NCBI GenBank assembly: GCA_030390025.1
Contig: JASTWF010000357.1
Location: forward strand, 62,001 to 126,000
Direction of reading: 5' to 3'
DNA from: Squalus acanthias
Taxonomy: Eukaryota
Length of the DNA stretch: 64,000 nt
In this document: positions 62,003 to 64,000 of the stretch, piece by piece
Layout of the letters: the number at the start of each line of letters is the position of its first letter
Position numbering within the stretch: the first letter of the stretch is position 1
Notes under the pieces: model-generated
What the model was told of the DNA's origin: nothing
Seen by the model: the letters and a program-made list of their open reading frames with translations, nothing else
Databases searched by the model: none
Program-made: the position numbers and the translations under genes

Positions 62003-64000
62003 AACATAGAAAATAGGTACAGGAGTAGACCATTCGGTCCTTCGAGCCTGCACCGCCATTCAATGCGTTCATGGCTGAACATGCTACCTCAGTACCCCAT
62101 TCCTGCTTTCTCGCCATACCCCTTGATTCCCCCTAGATGTGAGTGTTATATCTAACTCCCTTTTGAATATATTTAGCGAACTGGCCTCAACAACCTTCTG
62201 TGGAAGAGAATTCCATAGATTCACCACTCTCTGGGTGAAGAAGTTCCTCCTCAGCTCAGTCTTAAATGGCTTCCCCTTAATCCTTGGACTGTGACCCCTG
62301 GTTCTAGTTTTCCCTAACATTGGGAACATTCTGCCCGCATCTAATTTGTCTAAACCAGTCAGGATTTTAATTGTCTCTTTTAGATCCCCCCTCATTCTTC
62401 TGAACTCCAGAGGATACAAGTTCAGTTGACCCAATCTTTCTTGATATGTCAGTCCGGCCATCCCAGGAATCAATCTAGTGAACCTTCGCTGCACTCCCTC
62501 AATAGCAAGAATGTCCTTCCTTAAGTTAGGAGACCAAAACTGCGCACAATACTCCAGGTGTGGCCTCACCAAGGCCCTGTAAAACTGCAGCATCACCTCC
62601 CTACTCCTGTACTCAAATCCCCTTACTATGAAGGCCATCATTCCGTTTGCTTTCTTGACTGACTGCTGCACTTGCATTCCCACCTTCAGTGACTGATGTA
62701 CCATGACGCCCAGGTCTCGTTGCACCTCCCCTTTCCCGAATTTGCCACCATTCAGGTAATAGTACGCCTCTCTATTTTTACCACCAAAGTGGATAACCTC
62801 ACATTTATCCACATTGTACTTCATCTGCCATACATTTGCCCATTCACGCAACCTGTCCAAGTCACTCTGTAGCCTCCTAGCATCCTCCTCATTGTTCACA
62901 CTGCCTCCCAATTTAGTGTCATCCGCAAATTTGGAGATATTACATTTAATCCCTTCGTCCAAATCATTAATATATAATGTAAACAGCTGGGGTCCCAGCA
63001 CCGAACCCTGCGGTACCCCGCTGGTCACTGCCTGCCATTCTGAAAAGTACCCATTTACTCCTACTCTTTGTTTCCTGTCTGCCAACCAGTTCTCAATCCA
63101 CGTCAACACATTACCCCCAATCCCATGTGCTTTAACTTTGCTCGCCAATCTCTTGTGTGGGACCTTGTCGAAGGCCTTCTGAAAGTCCAAATACACCACA
63201 TCTACTGGTTCCCCCCTGTCCACCCTATTGGAAACATCCTCAAAAAATTCCAGAAGATTTGTCAAGCATGATTTCCCTTTCACAAATCCATGCTGACTTG
63301 GACCTATCATGTCGCCACTTTCCAAATGGTCTGTTATGACATCTTTAATAATTGCTTCCATCATTTTACCCACGACCGATGTCAGGCTGACCGGTCTATA
63401 ATTCCCTGCTTTCTCCCTCCCTCCTTTTTTAAAAAGAGGGGTTACATTGGCCACCCTCCACTCCATCGGAACTGATCCAGAGTCTAAGGAATGTTGGAAA
63501 ATGATCGTCAATGCATCCACTATTTCCAAGGCCACCTCCTTAAGTACTCTGGGATGCAGACCATCAGGCCCCGGGGATTTTTCAGCCTTCAGTCCCATCA
63601 ATTTCCCCAATACCTTTTCCCGACTAATAAGGATTTCCCTCAGCTCCTCCCTCTTACCAGATCCTCTGACCCCTTTTATTTCCGGCAGGTTGTGTGTGTC
63701 CTCCACAGTAAACACCGAACCAAAGTACTTGTTCAATTGATCTGCCATTTCCTTGTTCCCCATTACGACTTCCCCTGTTTCCGACTGCAGGGGACCTACA
63801 TTTGTTTTTACTAACCTCTTTCTTTTTACATATTTATAGAAGCTTTTGCAGTCCATTTTAATGTTCTCTGCAAGCTTCCTTTCATATTTTATTTTCCCTG
63901 CCCTAATCAAACGCTTCGTCCTCCTCTGCTGAGTTTTGAAGTTCTCCCAGTCCCCGGGTTTGCTGCTACTTCTGGCCAATTTGTATGCAACTTCCTTGGT
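62003..64000 (-). mobile_element. Young CR1 LINE, ORF2 RT region open for over 600 codons, continuing beyond the window
   Basis: ORF 62084-63979 has all RT motifs and only a late frameshift; (catagaaa) tail. Confidence 0.97.

Noticed and set aside
59341..62155. Long repetitive ORFs (LLLFLCNLFEGLNG)n and (HRNRRRPFSPSNKL)n, and a CRISPR-like appearance
   Set aside because: These are by-products of a 39/42-bp unit that is stop-free in some frames, with (GGA)n slippage. There are no unique spacers and no cas genes, and the context is eukaryotic.
172..63814. Numerous 60-175 aa ORFs antisense to CR1 ORF2
   Set aside because: Shadow frames of LINE sequence that recur in every CR1 copy.

Overview
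Repeat-dense eukaryotic genomic DNA, most likely from a cartilaginous fish (inferred from HER1/CR1-type LINEs, a SacSINE1-like Deu-domain SINE and the style of the NLR gene). The only host gene I can support is a spliced minus-strand CARD/death-fold-NACHT-LRR (NLR) immune receptor gene (about 37133-56285, 10 coding exons traced by splice sites). It carries two frameshifts, a dead splice acceptor and a degenerate Walker B, so it is probably a pseudogene. The rest is mostly nested mobile DNA: many CR1 LINE copies, two solo LTRs, Penelope-like elements with hammerhead-ribozyme motifs, a 5'-truncated Tx1-like LINE inserted into a Penelope terminal repeat with a 15-bp TSD, Harbinger-type relics and MITEs, SINEs, a ~1.85-kb macrorepeat and a minisatellite derived from the CR1 3' end. 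The most unusual object is a 6.3-kb defective endogenous retrovirus (18509-24849, minus strand) with a tRNA-Ser-type PBS. It has two apparently unrelated envelope relics, one on each side of its integrase, and its LTRs and flanks are discordant. All family assignments come from motif recognition by eye; no database search was run.
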